A stretch of 64,000 bases of DNA from Kiritimatiellia bacterium (GTDB lineage Bacteria > Verrucomicrobiota > Kiritimatiellia > RFP12 > UBA1067): contig JAFXXW010000023.1 in the NCBI GenBank assembly GCA_017542055.1, positions 22,839 to 86,838 on the forward strand, given 5' to 3'. The notes below the pieces were generated by a model that saw only the letters and a list, made by a program, of their open reading frames with translations, did not search any database and was not told the origin of the DNA. Shown piece after piece: positions 21,109-31,628 of this stretch. Each line of letters starts with the position of its first letter. The stretch's first letter is position 1. The translations under genes were made by a program, and so were the position numbers.

Positions 21109-21407
21109 ACGCTCACCATGTCCCTTCTTACTTCTTTGGCAAACCAAGGACTGCGCTCGTTGTCGATGCACCCATACGAGACAACATCCACTTCACGCCC
21201 CAGAACTCTCTCCATATCGTCTTTAAGGTCGATTGCGTCGAACAGGTTATACTTTGGCGCATACTCCACGAGAAAATCCACATCGCTGTCAGGGCGCTCT
21301 TCCTTGCGGGCGCAGGAGCCGAAGACCCAAAGCTTTTCGGCTTTGTGTTTCCGCGCGATAGCGTAGATTTCGTCCCGCTTCGCCCTGATCTCATCGAGCA
21401 TGCACAT
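21105..21407 (-). CDS. mntA: Nucleotidyltransferase (MNT) antitoxin
   Basis: GSCARKEERPDSDVDFLV nucleotidyltransferase motif. 100 aa. Confidence 0.8.
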   Translation of the reverse strand: MCMLDEIRAKRDEIYAIARKHKAEKLWVFGSCARKEERPDSDVDFLVEYAPKYNLFDAIDLKDDMERVLGREVDVVSYGCIDNERSPWFAKEVRRDMVSV

Positions 21408-21430
21408 GGATTTCCCCGTTAGATGCTAAT

Positions 21431-21459
21431 ATTATACCATATTCCCACCCGAAAAGCAA
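21431..21459 (-). promoter_or_regulatory. Promoter P1 of the MNT-HepT operon
   Basis: Minus strand reads TTGCTT, a 17-bp spacer, then TGGTATAAT. Confidence 0.65.
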
Positions 21460-21614
21460 GCAGAATCTGCGAAAACTCCCCAACTCCAAAACTCCCCCAA
21501 GCGAAAGCAACTCCCCACCCGTCAAGCGGAAAGCGGGGAAAGTGTGAGACGGGAGGTATGGTCAGTAGGCGGCGAGCTTGAGTTCGTCCGTCATGCCCTT
21601 GAAGAAATCCGAGT

Positions 21615-21643
21615 ATTATACCATTTTCCGCCTCAAAAAGCAA
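21615..21643 (-). promoter_or_regulatory. Second promoter-family copy (P2), 184 bp upstream of P1
   Basis: Minus strand reads TTGCTT, a 17-bp spacer, then TGGTATAAT. Starts right after the GT8 stop. Confidence 0.6.
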
Positions 21644-21653
21644 GGGGAATTAT

Positions 21654-22616
21654 TCAGCATCCGTACTTAAGGCGGATATTGAGAAGGTAAAGGAAATAGC
21701 AAGCCAGGTCAAATGCGCCTTGCGGGAGAAACTTATGGAGATAATACTGGAGGAGGTAGCACGGCTGCATGGGCCGCGTCTGTTCGGCCGCAAGCGCCAA
21801 ATCCGCTTCCCGCGCCGCCTCCCGGTAGCGCTCGCGCAAGGGATGGCGCGAGCTCGTATACCAGGGCCGGCCGAGCGTATGGCCGAGAAAATGGAAGATG
21901 CGCGGGTCTTTTTGCGCCTCCAAGTATTCCTTTTCGCCAAAGCGCATCACGCCGCCATTAACGCGCCTTACCCCCGCGTACGAAAAAAGGAAATAGTGCG
22001 AAATAAAGTTCCACTTCGGGTGCAAAAGCGCCGTCTCTTCCGGGAACAGGCGCACGAACACATCCTGGTCGCCCAAAGGATTGGGTCCGTGGGGGTGGGC
22101 GAGCTCGTCCAAGAAACGCTCAGTGCAGCGATGCTCGCGCCACGCTTCAAGGTCGATCACCATCACCCCGGCATTGTAATACGGCAGTTCTTTTGGATGG
22201 TTGATCGCTCGCTTGTATGTCCAAGGCACGCAGTCGGTCGCAAGCGCCAGAGGCTTCCCGCCCAAATCCTGCTCCCACAGCTCCTTGAGGCTTCCGCCCA
22301 CCAAGGTGTCGCAATCAAGATAGATTACACGCTTTTGCGCCAAGAGCTCGGGAATGAAAATGCGTGCGTAGGTGGCGTAAGACGTGTAGCCGTTATAGCC
22401 ACGCGCCTTCAGGTTTTCGAGCGCCCCGCCCACCTCGACATAGCGGAAAGACCCGCCCTTCGCCTCCACCCGGCTTTGCACGAGCTCCCGCGCCGCCGCC
22501 TCAAGCCCATACCCCAAAAGCACGATCTCCGCACCCGGATTGTGCGTCAAGGCCGAAACCGCGCTAATGGCCGTAAGCGCAACGTAATTTGCATCGCTCG
22601 CGTAGACCAAAGTCAT
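21654..22616 (-). CDS. Glycosyltransferase family 8 (LPS/general stress protein A-like)
   Basis: YLDCDTLV and NAGVMVIDL motifs. 320 aa. Confidence 0.8.
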   Translation of the reverse strand: MTLVYASDANYVALTAISAVSALTHNPGAEIVLLGYGLEAAARELVQSRVEAKGGSFRYVEVGGALENLKARGYNGYTSYATYARIFIPELLAQKRVIYLDCDTLVGGSLKELWEQDLGGKPLALATDCVPWTYKRAINHPKELPYYNAGVMVIDLEAWREHRCTERFLDELAHPHGPNPLGDQDVFVRLFPEETALLHPKWNFISHYFLFSYAGVRRVNGGVMRFGEKEYLEAQKDPRIFHFLGHTLGRPWYTSSRHPLRERYREAAREADLALAAEQTRPMQPCYLLQYYLHKFLPQGAFDLACYFLYLLNIRLKYGC

Positions 22617-22718
22617 CTTCAGTAGGCGACGGGTTGGAATTCGCGGATGGCGCGCTTGCCGAGGAAGCGGGCGAAGAGACTATTGCCCTTTTCGCCGGAT
22701 TTTTTCGTTTTCACTCGC

Positions 22719-23351
22719 TTAACGCGCTTGAGCCGCCTTTTCCTGGCGCAGATAGAGGACAAAACGAATCGCCCAAACGAGCACCATCATGTAGCCGAAG
22801 AGCTCGACCGATTCTTCGGTGAAGCGCTTGAACGAGTGCCAGGACCCGTCGGCCGCGCCGGTGCCTTCCGCCAAGGTCTTCCAGAACTTCTTATATCCAA
22901 TGACGCGCGAAAAGCCGAGAATCGTAAAGACGCCCAGCATGAGCAGCGCGGAATTGGGCGCTTTGACCATTGCTTCGAGTCCATCAAGAATGGTCGTGCG
23001 ATACTTGACGGCCAGAACGAGCGCGGCTACCGTGATTACGCCCACCGGCACCACCCAAAAGCCGTGCACCACCTTGTCGAAAAGCGCATCCTGCTCGCGG
23101 ATGGCCATATCGAGGAAGAAGACGCCCGCGAGGAGCAGTCCCGCCAGCAAGTCGCGCCGCTTGAAAGCCGCCCACACGAGCGCGCAACCGGAAACGGCGA
23201 GCGCCAAAAACTGGCACCACTCCACCACGCCGTTTTCCTCGCACGGCTGATGGAGCCCCATCACGTCGGCGATCATGGCGCCGAGACAAATCACCACCAT
23301 GCATAGAAGCGGCAGCGCTTCCCCGACCATCTTTGCGATACGTTTGATCAT
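22719..23351 (-). CDS. Integral membrane protein of unknown function
   Basis: About six hydrophobic segments. ATGA overlap with rfbA. Confidence 0.55.
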   Translation of the reverse strand: MIKRIAKMVGEALPLLCMVVICLGAMIADVMGLHQPCEENGVVEWCQFLALAVSGCALVWAAFKRRDLLAGLLLAGVFFLDMAIREQDALFDKVVHGFWVVPVGVITVAALVLAVKYRTTILDGLEAMVKAPNSALLMLGVFTILGFSRVIGYKKFWKTLAEGTGAADGSWHSFKRFTEESVELFGYMMVLVWAIRFVLYLRQEKAAQAR

Positions 23352-24211
23352 TTGCAGAGCCCTCTCAAGTATTGTCCGTAAGTCGAAGAACCGTAAGTGG
23401 CGGCGATGTTCCTGAGCTGCTCGCTGGAAATCCAGCCGCGACTCCAGGCGATCTCCTCGATGCAGCTCATCTGGAGACCCTGACGCTCGATGATGGCGCG
23501 CACGAAGTTGGTGGCGTCCGCGAGCGACTGGTGCGTGCCCGTGTCGAGCCAGGCGAAACCGCGACCCATGTTGCGCACGTGCAGGCGCTTCTCCTTGAGA
23601 TAGATCTTGTTGAGGTCGGTTATCTCGTACTCGCCGCGCGCCGAAGGCTGCAGTTCGGCCGCGTACTTGACCACGTCGTTGGGATAGAAGTAAAGCCCCA
23701 CCACCGCGTAGTTGCTCTTGGGATGCGCTGGCTTCTCCTCGAGGCTCAGCACCTTGCCGTCCGCGTCGAATTCCACCACGCCGTAGCGCTCCGGATCCAC
23801 CACCCGGTAGCCGAAAATGGTGGCTTCCTTGCCGTTGCTCGTGTCCAAAAGGAGCTGCGACAGATTGGCGCCGTAGAAAATGTTGTCGCCCAGCACCAGG
23901 CAGACGTCGTCGTCGCCGATGAATTCCCGTCCCAGCACGAACGCCTGGGCGAGCCCGTTGGGCACCTCCTGCACCTTGTACGAAAAGCGCATGCCGAGCG
24001 AGGAGCCGTCGCCCAACAGCCGTTCGTAGAGCGGCAGGTCGAGCGGCGTGGAGATGATCAGCACCTCCCGGATGCCCGCCAGCATCAGCGTGGAGAGCGG
24101 ATAGAAGATCATCGGCTTGTCGTAGACGGGCAGGAGCTGCTTGGAGACCACCCGGGTGAGCGGATGGAGACGGGTGCCGGAGCCGCCGGCCAGAATTATG
24201 CCTTTGCGCAT
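23348..24211 (-). CDS. rfbA: Glucose-1-phosphate thymidylyltransferase
   Basis: [19 protein letters not shown]...[10 protein letters not shown]. Confidence 0.9.
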   Translation of the reverse strand: MRKGIILAGGSGTRLHPLTRVVSKQLLPVYDKPMIFYPLSTLMLAGIREVLIISTPLDLPLYERLLGDGSSLGMRFSYKVQEVPNGLAQAFVLGREFIGDDDVCLVLGDNIFYGANLSQLLLDTSNGKEATIFGYRVVDPERYGVVEFDADGKVLSLEEKPAHPKSNYAVVGLYFYPNDVVKYAAELQPSARGEYEITDLNKIYLKEKRLHVRNMGRGFAWLDTGTHQSLADATNFVRAIIERQGLQMSCIEEIAWSRGWISSEQLRNIAATYGSSTYGQYLRGLCK

Positions 24212-24215
24212 AAGT

Positions 24216-25367
24216 TTACCTCCCGGTGTATTGGCCCATTACGATAACGGACTTGGTGGGTTCGTGATAGATGAAATAGAGGAAAGGACGGTTCAAGACG
24301 AGCGAATGGATTTCCTTGCCCTTGTCCAGATGGACCTGCTGCTCCTGGGGCTTGTCCTTGAGCGGCTCCGCGTCCACTCCCTGCTCGTCCAGCCGGAAGC
24401 GGACCACCTGGCGGAAATCCCGGCCCGGAATGTCGCCGTTGAGTTTGAGATAGCCCTGCACCGGGAACTTGAAGTGCCCCATCGCCCCCGTCAAATCGTT
24501 GACGCTCGTCTGGTCCATCGTCGGGATCGCCACCACTGCCGGACCCTTGTAGATGCCGGTTTCGGTGATGGAATCCATCATTACCAAAAGATCGCCGAAA
24601 TTCTTTTCGGTGAGCTGCTCGCGCACCGCTTTAAGGCTTGTGCCGCTGTGGGGCAGCACCGCATAGAACCAGGCGCCGTCCGCCATCGGGAGGCGGCCCA
24701 TCGTGTAGGTTTTGCCGGTGTAGAGCTCCACCTCGCGAATATCGCACATCATGTCCGTCAAAACACGCGTCTTGAAGTCGGCCTCGTTGGGTAAGAACGC
24801 CTTCTTGCGCCGGTTCCCCACCGGGAACGGTTCCGCCCAGCTGATGTGCACGCTCGCGAGCTCGTAGAAAGAATTGCGCTCCGACTTGGCCGTGTCCATC
24901 GGGATTTCGAAGTCTTCCATGTCGCCTTCCATCATCGCCCGGAACCAGCACTCCGCGCCCTCTTTGGGGAAGGCAAGGGTCACCTCCCCTTGGAAATCGC
25001 GTTGCAGGTCCTGCGCGTAGGCGGCCGAAACCTTGCGGAAATCGGGCACCAGAAAAGCCCGCGCGGAAACGTAGGAAAGGCGATTGGTGGACGACACCTC
25101 GCGCAAATGGCGGAGGATGGGCACGTACGTGCCCTCGAGTCCCGTCAACACCCCCAAGGTCTCCGCGAAATGCGACTTGGCGATGGGCTCGAACGCATTG
25201 GCCATCATCACCGAATCGAGTTCGAAACCGAGGGGCGAAAACACCTTGCTCTCCAAAGTCTCGGCCGGCACTCCGGCATTGAACGCCTCCATGTTGAAGC
25301 CGGGCATCCGTCCCGCCCAAGCCGCACCCGAAATTCCTATCACCAATATCGCCAAAATCCGCTTCAT
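24216..25367 (-). CDS. Secreted serpin-family protein
   Basis: Signal peptide. The C-terminal [11 protein letters not shown] fits the serpin signature pattern. 383 aa. Confidence 0.7.
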   Translation of the reverse strand: MKRILAILVIGISGAAWAGRMPGFNMEAFNAGVPAETLESKVFSPLGFELDSVMMANAFEPIAKSHFAETLGVLTGLEGTYVPILRHLREVSSTNRLSYVSARAFLVPDFRKVSAAYAQDLQRDFQGEVTLAFPKEGAECWFRAMMEGDMEDFEIPMDTAKSERNSFYELASVHISWAEPFPVGNRRKKAFLPNEADFKTRVLTDMMCDIREVELYTGKTYTMGRLPMADGAWFYAVLPHSGTSLKAVREQLTEKNFGDLLVMMDSITETGIYKGPAVVAIPTMDQTSVNDLTGAMGHFKFPVQGYLKLNGDIPGRDFRQVVRFRLDEQGVDAEPLKDKPQEQQVHLDKGKEIHSLVLNRPFLYFIYHEPTKSVIVMGQYTGR

Positions 25368-25381
25368 TGCCGCTCCTTACC

Positions 25382-26113
25382 TTATTCGCCTAGCGCCAGC
25401 CGTTCCGCCAACCGTTCCGGGAGGCCCGCCCTCCTGATGCGTTCCTGCGCCGATTGCACGTCGTATTCGAGCCGCTTGAACCGGACGATGCGCGTCATGG
25501 GGTCGTAGAGGACATAGGCGGCGCGCGGATCCCCGTCACGCGGCTGGCCCACGCTCCCCACGTTGATGAAATACTTGCGCCCGATGGGCAGCTTGAAGTC
25601 CTGCGGGTCGATTCTATACACCCCGCTCACCTGCTTTTCGTAGATCATCGGCACGTGTGTGTGGCCGTGAAAACAAAGCGGCGCCTTCTGGCAGATGAAG
25701 TTGGCCTCGGCCTGGAAATGGTCGAACACGTAGCCGAACGTCTCCGGCCGGTCCATCGTGGAATGGACGAGCGCGATGCCCATCTTGGTCTCCACGAACG
25801 GCAGGTCGAAGAGCCACTGGATCTCCTCCTGGGTCAGCTGTTCGCGCGTCCACTGCACTACGGCAGCGGCGTTGGGATGGAAGTCTTCGAGGTTCTGCTC
25901 GGACGCCACGTAATGGTCGTGGTTGCCCTTGACTACCGGGCAGCCCAGCTCGCGCACGATCTTCATGCACTCCGAAGGCGCCGCGTTGTATCCCACCACG
26001 TCGCCCGTGCAGAGGAAGTCGGTGACGCCCTCCTTGCGGCAATCGTCCAGCACCACGTTGAGCGCCTCGAGGTTGGCGTGGATGTCTCCCAGTATCGCGA
26101 ATAGTCTGGCCAT
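25382..26113 (-). CDS. Metallophosphoesterase (calcineurin-like, YfcE-type)
   Basis: Real start MARLFAILGDIHAN. GDVVGYN and GNHD motifs. Confidence 0.75.
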   Translation of the reverse strand: MARLFAILGDIHANLEALNVVLDDCRKEGVTDFLCTGDVVGYNAAPSECMKIVRELGCPVVKGNHDHYVASEQNLEDFHPNAAAVVQWTREQLTQEEIQWLFDLPFVETKMGIALVHSTMDRPETFGYVFDHFQAEANFICQKAPLCFHGHTHVPMIYEKQVSGVYRIDPQDFKLPIGRKYFINVGSVGQPRDGDPRAAYVLYDPMTRIVRFKRLEYDVQSAQERIRRAGLPERLAERLALGE

Positions 26114-26130
26114 AAAAGATGTTTTGGGGG

Positions 26131-26796
26131 TTATTTGAGCAGGGCCACCGCAATCTGCAGATCTTCCACTGTGGTGATCTTCAGATTGGGCTGGTTGGTT
26201 TCGTAAATCCGGACTTTCTCGCCGCTTTTCTCCACCACCATGCAATCGTCGGTGCATTCCCTCTTGCCGATGGCCTTGTACGCCTTTTTGAGGATGCCGA
26301 TGGGGAACACCTGCGGCGTCTGCACCTGGTAAAGACCCTCGCGCGTGACGGTGCTGACGATTTCCTTCTTGTCCACCTTCTTGATGGTGTCCACCACCTT
26401 GTGGCCTACCGTCACCGGACCCGAAGCTTTGGCGTCCTTCACGACTGCCGCCACCAGTTCCGGCGTGACGAGCGGTCTCGCGCCGTCATGCACCAGCACG
26501 AAGGTGGTGTCCGGATCGCACTGCGCCAACCCCGCCTGCACCGACTCCTGGCGCTTCTGGCCGCCCGGCACCACCTTGTCCAGCTTGGAAATGCCGAACG
26601 TCTTGGCGAGGGTCGCAGCCGCCAGCTGCTGCTCCTTGCGCACCACGAGAATGATGCGGTCGACTTCCTTGCACCGCTCCATCGCGAGCAAACTCCACGC
26701 GACGACCGGTTTGTTGCACAGCGACATGAACGCCTTGTCGCTGCCCGCGCCCATGCGCGTCGATTTGCCTGCCGCCACTATGATCGCCGTAACCAT
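26131..26796 (-). CDS. ispD: 2-C-methyl-D-erythritol 4-phosphate cytidylyltransferase
   Basis: MVTAIIVAAGKSTRMG. 221 aa. Lies inside the C-terminal part of a long shadow ORF. Confidence 0.85.
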   Translation of the reverse strand: MVTAIIVAAGKSTRMGAGSDKAFMSLCNKPVVAWSLLAMERCKEVDRIILVVRKEQQLAAATLAKTFGISKLDKVVPGGQKRQESVQAGLAQCDPDTTFVLVHDGARPLVTPELVAAVVKDAKASGPVTVGHKVVDTIKKVDKKEIVSTVTREGLYQVQTPQVFPIGILKKAYKAIGKRECTDDCMVVEKSGEKVRIYETNQPNLKITTVEDLQIAVALLK

Positions 26797-26798
26797 GC

Positions 26799-29732
26799 CT
26801 ATGCCCCCTTTCCGCAACATTTCTTGTATTTTTTGCCGCTGCCGCAAGGACAGGGATCGTTGCGACCCACTGCCGCCTGCGACTTGGGCGTGACCGGAAT
26901 CGACTGCGGACGCACTCCCAGGATGTCCGCTACCGTCTTGGGTTTGTAAGGCGCGGACGAGGGCGCTTCCGCCTTTTCGGGCGCCGGCATGCGCTGATGC
27001 ATGAGCCGCTGCATGCGCATGGCGGTGGCGCTCCGGAACTCGCTCGACACCACCTTGCTCTTCACCGTGTTCATCAGCGTCTCGAACATGCCGAACGCCT
27101 CTTTCTTGTATTCGATCAAGGGGTCGCGCTGACCATAGCTCCGGAGATTCACCCCCTGCCGCAAGTCGTCCATCGCGCGCAGATAGTCCTGCCATTCGCG
27201 ATCGATGACCTGCAGGAAAACGCCGCGCTCCATGAAAGGCAGCACTTCCGGGTCTTCGCTCTTGCACTTGGCCTCGTACGCCTCCTCCACGCGCTTCATC
27301 ACGAGCTCCCCCGCCTCCAAGGGCCGGCCCATGAGCGGCTTCAGCTCGTCCTCGGTGCAGGTGATGGGGAAGGTGACGCCCAACCAGTTCATGAAGTCCA
27401 CCAGCTGTCCGTCCTTCTCGCTGAAGAGATACCGCTCGGACTGGTTCATGACGAGGTCGTTCATCACGTCCAAAACGAGATTGTGCACCGCCTCCGGCGC
27501 GCCGGTCAGCACCCGACCGCGCAATTCGTAGATGATGGCGCGCTGCTTGTTCATCACGTCGTCGTATTCGAGCGTGCGCTTGCGGACCGCGAAATGCTGC
27601 TGCTCCACGCGACGTTGGGCCGTCTCGACCGACCGGTTGAGCCACCGGTGCTCCATCACGTCGCCCTCCTTCATGCCCAGCTTGGCCATGATGCCGCTGA
27701 TGCGCTGCGACCCGAACAGCCGCATGAGCTGGTCTTCGAGCGAGATGAAGAACTGGCTGGAACCGGGATCGCCCTGACGCGAGCAGCGGCCCCGGAGCTG
27801 GCGGTCGATTCGCCGGCTCTCGTGGCGCTCGGACCCGATCACGTGGAGGCCGCCCAATTCCGTGACGCCCTCGCCGAGCTTGATGTCGGTGCCGCGTCCG
27901 GCCATGTTGGTGGCGATCGTCACCGCGCCCTTCTGGCCCGCCAACGCCACGATTTCGGCTTCGCGCGCATGGTTTTTGGCGTTCAGCACCTCGTGGGGAA
28001 TGCGCGCCATCTTGAGCATGCGCGAGAGGATTTCGGACGTGTCTACCGTCACCGTGCCCAGCAGAATCGGCTGGCCCTTTTCGTGGCGGCGCGCCACGTC
28101 GGCGATGATGGCCTTGAACTTTTCGCGCTGCGTGCGGTAGATCTGGTCGTTGTAGTCGATGCGGTTGACCGGCTTGTTGGTGGGAATCGACACCACGTCG
28201 AGCTTGTAGATGTCCTTGAATTCCCGCGCTTCCGTTTCGGCCGTGCCCGTCATGCCGGCCAGCTTCCGGTAGAGCCGGAAATAGTTCTGGATGGTGATGG
28301 TGGCGAGCGTCTGGCTTTCCTTCTCGATCTCCACCTGTTCCTTGGCCTCCACCGCCTGGTGGAGTCCGTCCGACCAACGCCGACCCGGGAGCACGCGGCC
28401 CGTGAACTCGTCCACGATGTACACGTGGTTGTCCTGCACCACGTAATCGACGTCCTTTTCGTACAGGCAATAGGCCCTGAGCAGCTGGTCCACCACGTGC
28501 ACGCGGTCGCTCTTGACCATGAAGTTGCTCTGTGCGTCGCGACGCTTTTCGAGCCGCTCCACGTCGCTCAAAGCGGCGTCGCCGTCGATGGCGCTCAGTT
28601 CGGCCGCGAGGTCCGGCAACACGAAGAGCTTGGGATCTTCGGGGCAGATCTTCTCGCAACCCTTGTCCGTCAGGGACACTTCGCGGGTGCGTTCGTCGAT
28701 GGTGAAGTAGAGCTCTTCCTTGAGACTCAAGGCGCGCGCCTTCCACATCTCGGAGAGCATCTGCATCTCCACGTCCTCGTGCAGTTTGCGCAAATCCGCG
28801 TCTTCCAAGAGGTGCAGGAACTGTTTGTGCTTGGGCATCGAGTGGTAGACCTGGTAGAACTTGTCCTTCACGGTCTGCACGTCGCCCGCCTCCCACGCCT
28901 TCTTGGCCGCCTGCACGAAATCGTTGCACTGCGCCGTCTGCACGCGCACGATGGAGGAGACCATCGGGTTGATTTCGTTGTAGATGTGCGAGGTGGAAAC
29001 CGTAGCCGGGCCCGAAATGATGAGCGGCGTGCGCGCCTCGTCGATGAGGATCGAGTCCACTTCGTCCACGATCGCGAAGTGATGGCCGCTCTGCACCACC
29101 TGCTCGGGCCGGATGGCCATGCCGTTGTCGCGAAGATAGTCGAAACCGAACTCGCTGTTGGTGCCGTAGGTGATGTCGCAAGCGTACTGGGCGCGACGCT
29201 CTTCGGAGTCCATCGAGTTCTGGATGCACCCTACGGTCAGGCCCAGATAGCGGTACAGGTGGCCCATCCAGCTGGCGTCGCGGCGCGCCAGGTAGTCGTT
29301 GACGGTCACCAGTTGCACGTTCTTGCCGGCGAGCGCGTTGAGGTACAGGGGGAGCGTGGCCACCAAAGTCTTGCCTTCGCCCGTCTGCATTTCCGAAATC
29401 TTGCCCTGATGGAGCACGATGCCGCCGATCAGCTGCACGTCGAAAGGAATCATATTCCAGACGAGCGTGTGGCCGCACACTTCCTCGGTGGTCCCCACCA
29501 GATGACGGCAGGCGTTCTTGACTAGCGCAAACGCGTCCACCAGAATGTCGTCCAAGGTCTCGCCGTTCTTGACCCGTTCGCGCAGTTCGGCCGTCTTCTT
29601 GGGGAAGTCTTCGTCCGTCAGATGCTGCGCTTCGAGTTCCGCCTCTTTCGCGTTGATCTGCTTCACCACCGGCCACAGCTTTTTGAGTTCGCGCTCGTTC
29701 TTGGTGCCGAAAATCAGCTTCAGAATGTTCAT
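26799..29732 (-). CDS. secA: Preprotein translocase ATPase SecA
   Basis: Real start MNILKLIFG. DEAD motor and preprotein cross-linking domains. C-terminal zinc finger CPCGSGKKYKKCCG. 977 aa. Confidence 0.92.
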   Translation of the reverse strand: MNILKLIFGTKNERELKKLWPVVKQINAKEAELEAQHLTDEDFPKKTAELRERVKNGETLDDILVDAFALVKNACRHLVGTTEEVCGHTLVWNMIPFDVQLIGGIVLHQGKISEMQTGEGKTLVATLPLYLNALAGKNVQLVTVNDYLARRDASWMGHLYRYLGLTVGCIQNSMDSEERRAQYACDITYGTNSEFGFDYLRDNGMAIRPEQVVQSGHHFAIVDEVDSILIDEARTPLIISGPATVSTSHIYNEINPMVSSIVRVQTAQCNDFVQAAKKAWEAGDVQTVKDKFYQVYHSMPKHKQFLHLLEDADLRKLHEDVEMQMLSEMWKARALSLKEELYFTIDERTREVSLTDKGCEKICPEDPKLFVLPDLAAELSAIDGDAALSDVERLEKRRDAQSNFMVKSDRVHVVDQLLRAYCLYEKDVDYVVQDNHVYIVDEFTGRVLPGRRWSDGLHQAVEAKEQVEIEKESQTLATITIQNYFRLYRKLAGMTGTAETEAREFKDIYKLDVVSIPTNKPVNRIDYNDQIYRTQREKFKAIIADVARRHEKGQPILLGTVTVDTSEILSRMLKMARIPHEVLNAKNHAREAEIVALAGQKGAVTIATNMAGRGTDIKLGEGVTELGGLHVIGSERHESRRIDRQLRGRCSRQGDPGSSQFFISLEDQLMRLFGSQRISGIMAKLGMKEGDVMEHRWLNRSVETAQRRVEQQHFAVRKRTLEYDDVMNKQRAIIYELRGRVLTGAPEAVHNLVLDVMNDLVMNQSERYLFSEKDGQLVDFMNWLGVTFPITCTEDELKPLMGRPLEAGELVMKRVEEAYEAKCKSEDPEVLPFMERGVFLQVIDREWQDYLRAMDDLRQGVNLRSYGQRDPLIEYKKEAFGMFETLMNTVKSKVVSSEFRSATAMRMQRLMHQRMPAPEKAEAPSSAPYKPKTVADILGVRPQSIPVTPKSQAAVGRNDPCPCGSGKKYKKCCGKGA

Positions 29733-30784
29733 GCTATTTGTTCCACTATGTTTTCCATCGGGTCGCCCTCGCTCCGGAGAAGCGACACCGTTTTTTCCAG
29801 CAACGCCGACTGTTTTTCCCGCGTGTCGGCGTCGTTCAGCCACTTGTCCAGCTGCCTGCAAACCGCCGCTACCGTGAAATCCTCCTGCAAAAGTTCGATC
29901 ATCGGCTGCTCGCCCTCGCCTCCGCACCGGTCCCAGATGATGTTGGCCAGTCCCGCGTACTTGGTGCCGGTGATCATGCGGCGCAAAATGGCCGCCAAGA
30001 GCGCGCTGACCCGGTAGACGAGAATGGTGGGACAGTGGCAGAACGCCGCCTCCAAAGTGGCCGTGCCGCTGGCCACTACCGCGCATTCGGACTGGAGCAA
30101 AACCTCGCGCGCCCCGCCTTGGCGCACCTCGAGGTTGGCGGGGAGCGCATACCGGGAGATCCATCTCGCCGCGCGTTCGTGGGCGGCCGGCACGACGAAA
30201 CGCCGGTCCGGATAGCGCCGCGCCACCTCGAGGAGCGGGGGAAGGATGCGGGAAACTTCGCCCTTGCGCGACCCGGGCAGCAGCGCCACCTGGCCGGCGA
30301 TCGGAGTGCGCACCACGCCGGACAGCTGCTTGGCCAACGGATGGCCGGTAAAGACGGCAAAACCGGGCCGGAACAGCTTGGGTTCGAACGGGAAGAAGCA
30401 GCAGAGGCGATCGAGCGACGCCTCGATTTTGGGGATGCGACCCTGATGCCAGGCCCACACCTGGGGACAGACCACGTGCACCGCCTTGACCCCGCGCTTT
30501 TTGGCGTAGGCGTCCAGCTTGAGGTTCATGCCGGGATAGTCGATGGTGACGATCGCGTCCGGCTTCCAGTCGTCGATGGCGCGCTCCATCGTCCGCTTGA
30601 CCCGGAGGAAAAAGAAAATGCGCCGCAGGACCGCCGCGAAACCGAACACCGCCAGATCCGCGATCTCGAAGCCGTAATCCTGGTAGGTGCGGAATTCGCA
30701 ACCGGGCAGGCGCGCCATCAGCTCGCGCGCGTAGATCATGCCGGACTCTTCTCCGGCCAGGAGGAGGATCTTTTTGCCGGTCAT
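29729..30784 (-). CDS. lpxB: Lipid-A-disaccharide synthase
   Basis: 351 aa GT19-like protein. ATGA overlaps with both lpxI and secA. Confidence 0.85.
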   Translation of the reverse strand: MTGKKILLLAGEESGMIYARELMARLPGCEFRTYQDYGFEIADLAVFGFAAVLRRIFFFLRVKRTMERAIDDWKPDAIVTIDYPGMNLKLDAYAKKRGVKAVHVVCPQVWAWHQGRIPKIEASLDRLCCFFPFEPKLFRPGFAVFTGHPLAKQLSGVVRTPIAGQVALLPGSRKGEVSRILPPLLEVARRYPDRRFVVPAAHERAARWISRYALPANLEVRQGGAREVLLQSECAVVASGTATLEAAFCHCPTILVYRVSALLAAILRRMITGTKYAGLANIIWDRCGGEGEQPMIELLQEDFTVAAVCRQLDKWLNDADTREKQSALLEKTVSLLRSEGDPMENIVEQIA

Positions 30785-31620
30785 GGTCTCAAGGGGGCGG
30801 GGGCGAGACCGCTGTCCACGCCCACGATGGCGATCGAATGTTTGTTGGCGTAGGCCAATACCGCGTCCTTCTGGAGCACTATCTGACGCCCCGCCTGGAA
30901 CCCTAGCGCGGTAGCTCCGGCCTTGCGCATGGTTTTCAAAGTCTTAAGCCCGATTACGGGAATGTCGAAGCGGAAGTCGTGCCCTTCCCGCGCCGCCTTG
31001 TAGACTACCGACCCTCCCCCGCGCGAAAGCTTGCCGCCCCGCTTGATGGCCGCGTTGGTGCCCTCGAACGCCTCGACCGCCAGCACCATGCCGTCGCGCA
31101 CCATCACCGTCTGTCCCACGTCGTGCAGCCCCACGTCGTGCACCACCTGTTTGGCGTGTTCGAGGTCGATCTTTTCCTGCTCGGTGAGGTCGCGCGCGGT
31201 GAGCGGTCCCACGCCCGGCATGGCCTCGTCCATGAAGAGCGAAGCCGGCAACACCTTGAGCCCCATCGCCTCGATCTTCTCGATGAGCTTGCCGAAGATG
31301 GTGTGCGCGGTCTTGACCTTGAGTTCGTCGAGCCACTTTTGGATTTCGCGATCGAACCCTCCCCGGAAAAGCGACATGGGACTGATCTGCCCGGCCATGA
31401 TGACGCCATCGTACCCTTCCGACGCCAAACGCCGCAACGACGCCACCGATTCCCGGAGCGTCCACCAACGGACATGATCGGCCGCCGCAGCCGTCTGGCG
31501 CGACGTCGACCCCTTGATGGCCATCACATCGACCGTGCGCACGCCCGCACGATGTGCACCCTCCACGAGCAACCGGGGATAGTCCCCGCTTCCCGCGATT
31601 ATCGCCAACTTTTCTATCAT
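30781..31620 (-). CDS. lpxI: UDP-2,3-diacylglucosamine hydrolase LpxI (DUF1009)
   Basis: MIEKLAIIAGSGDYP start. 279 aa. Confidence 0.8.
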   Translation of the reverse strand: MIEKLAIIAGSGDYPRLLVEGAHRAGVRTVDVMAIKGSTSRQTAAAADHVRWWTLRESVASLRRLASEGYDGVIMAGQISPMSLFRGGFDREIQKWLDELKVKTAHTIFGKLIEKIEAMGLKVLPASLFMDEAMPGVGPLTARDLTEQEKIDLEHAKQVVHDVGLHDVGQTVMVRDGMVLAVEAFEGTNAAIKRGGKLSRGGGSVVYKAAREGHDFRFDIPVIGLKTLKTMRKAGATALGFQAGRQIVLQKDAVLAYANKHSIAIVGVDSGLAPAPLRP

Positions 31621-31628
31621 TGTTATAT

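Noticed and set aside
21482-21514. 10-codon micro-ORF (MTDELKLAAY) between the tandem promoters
   Set aside because: Too short to support as a gene from sequence alone. Mentioned only as a possible leader peptide.
26796-26820. Alternative upstream start (MLRKGGIG) for ispD overlapping the secA end
   Set aside because: MVTAIIVAAGKSTRMG is the canonical IspD N-terminus. The upstream Met would give a 22-nt overlap with no added conserved residues.
26997-29525. 842-aa plus-strand ORF and the 1181-aa minus-strand ORF 26131..29676
   Set aside because: Both lie within secA in other frames. Only the C-terminal 221 aa of the minus-strand ORF (ispD) is genuine.
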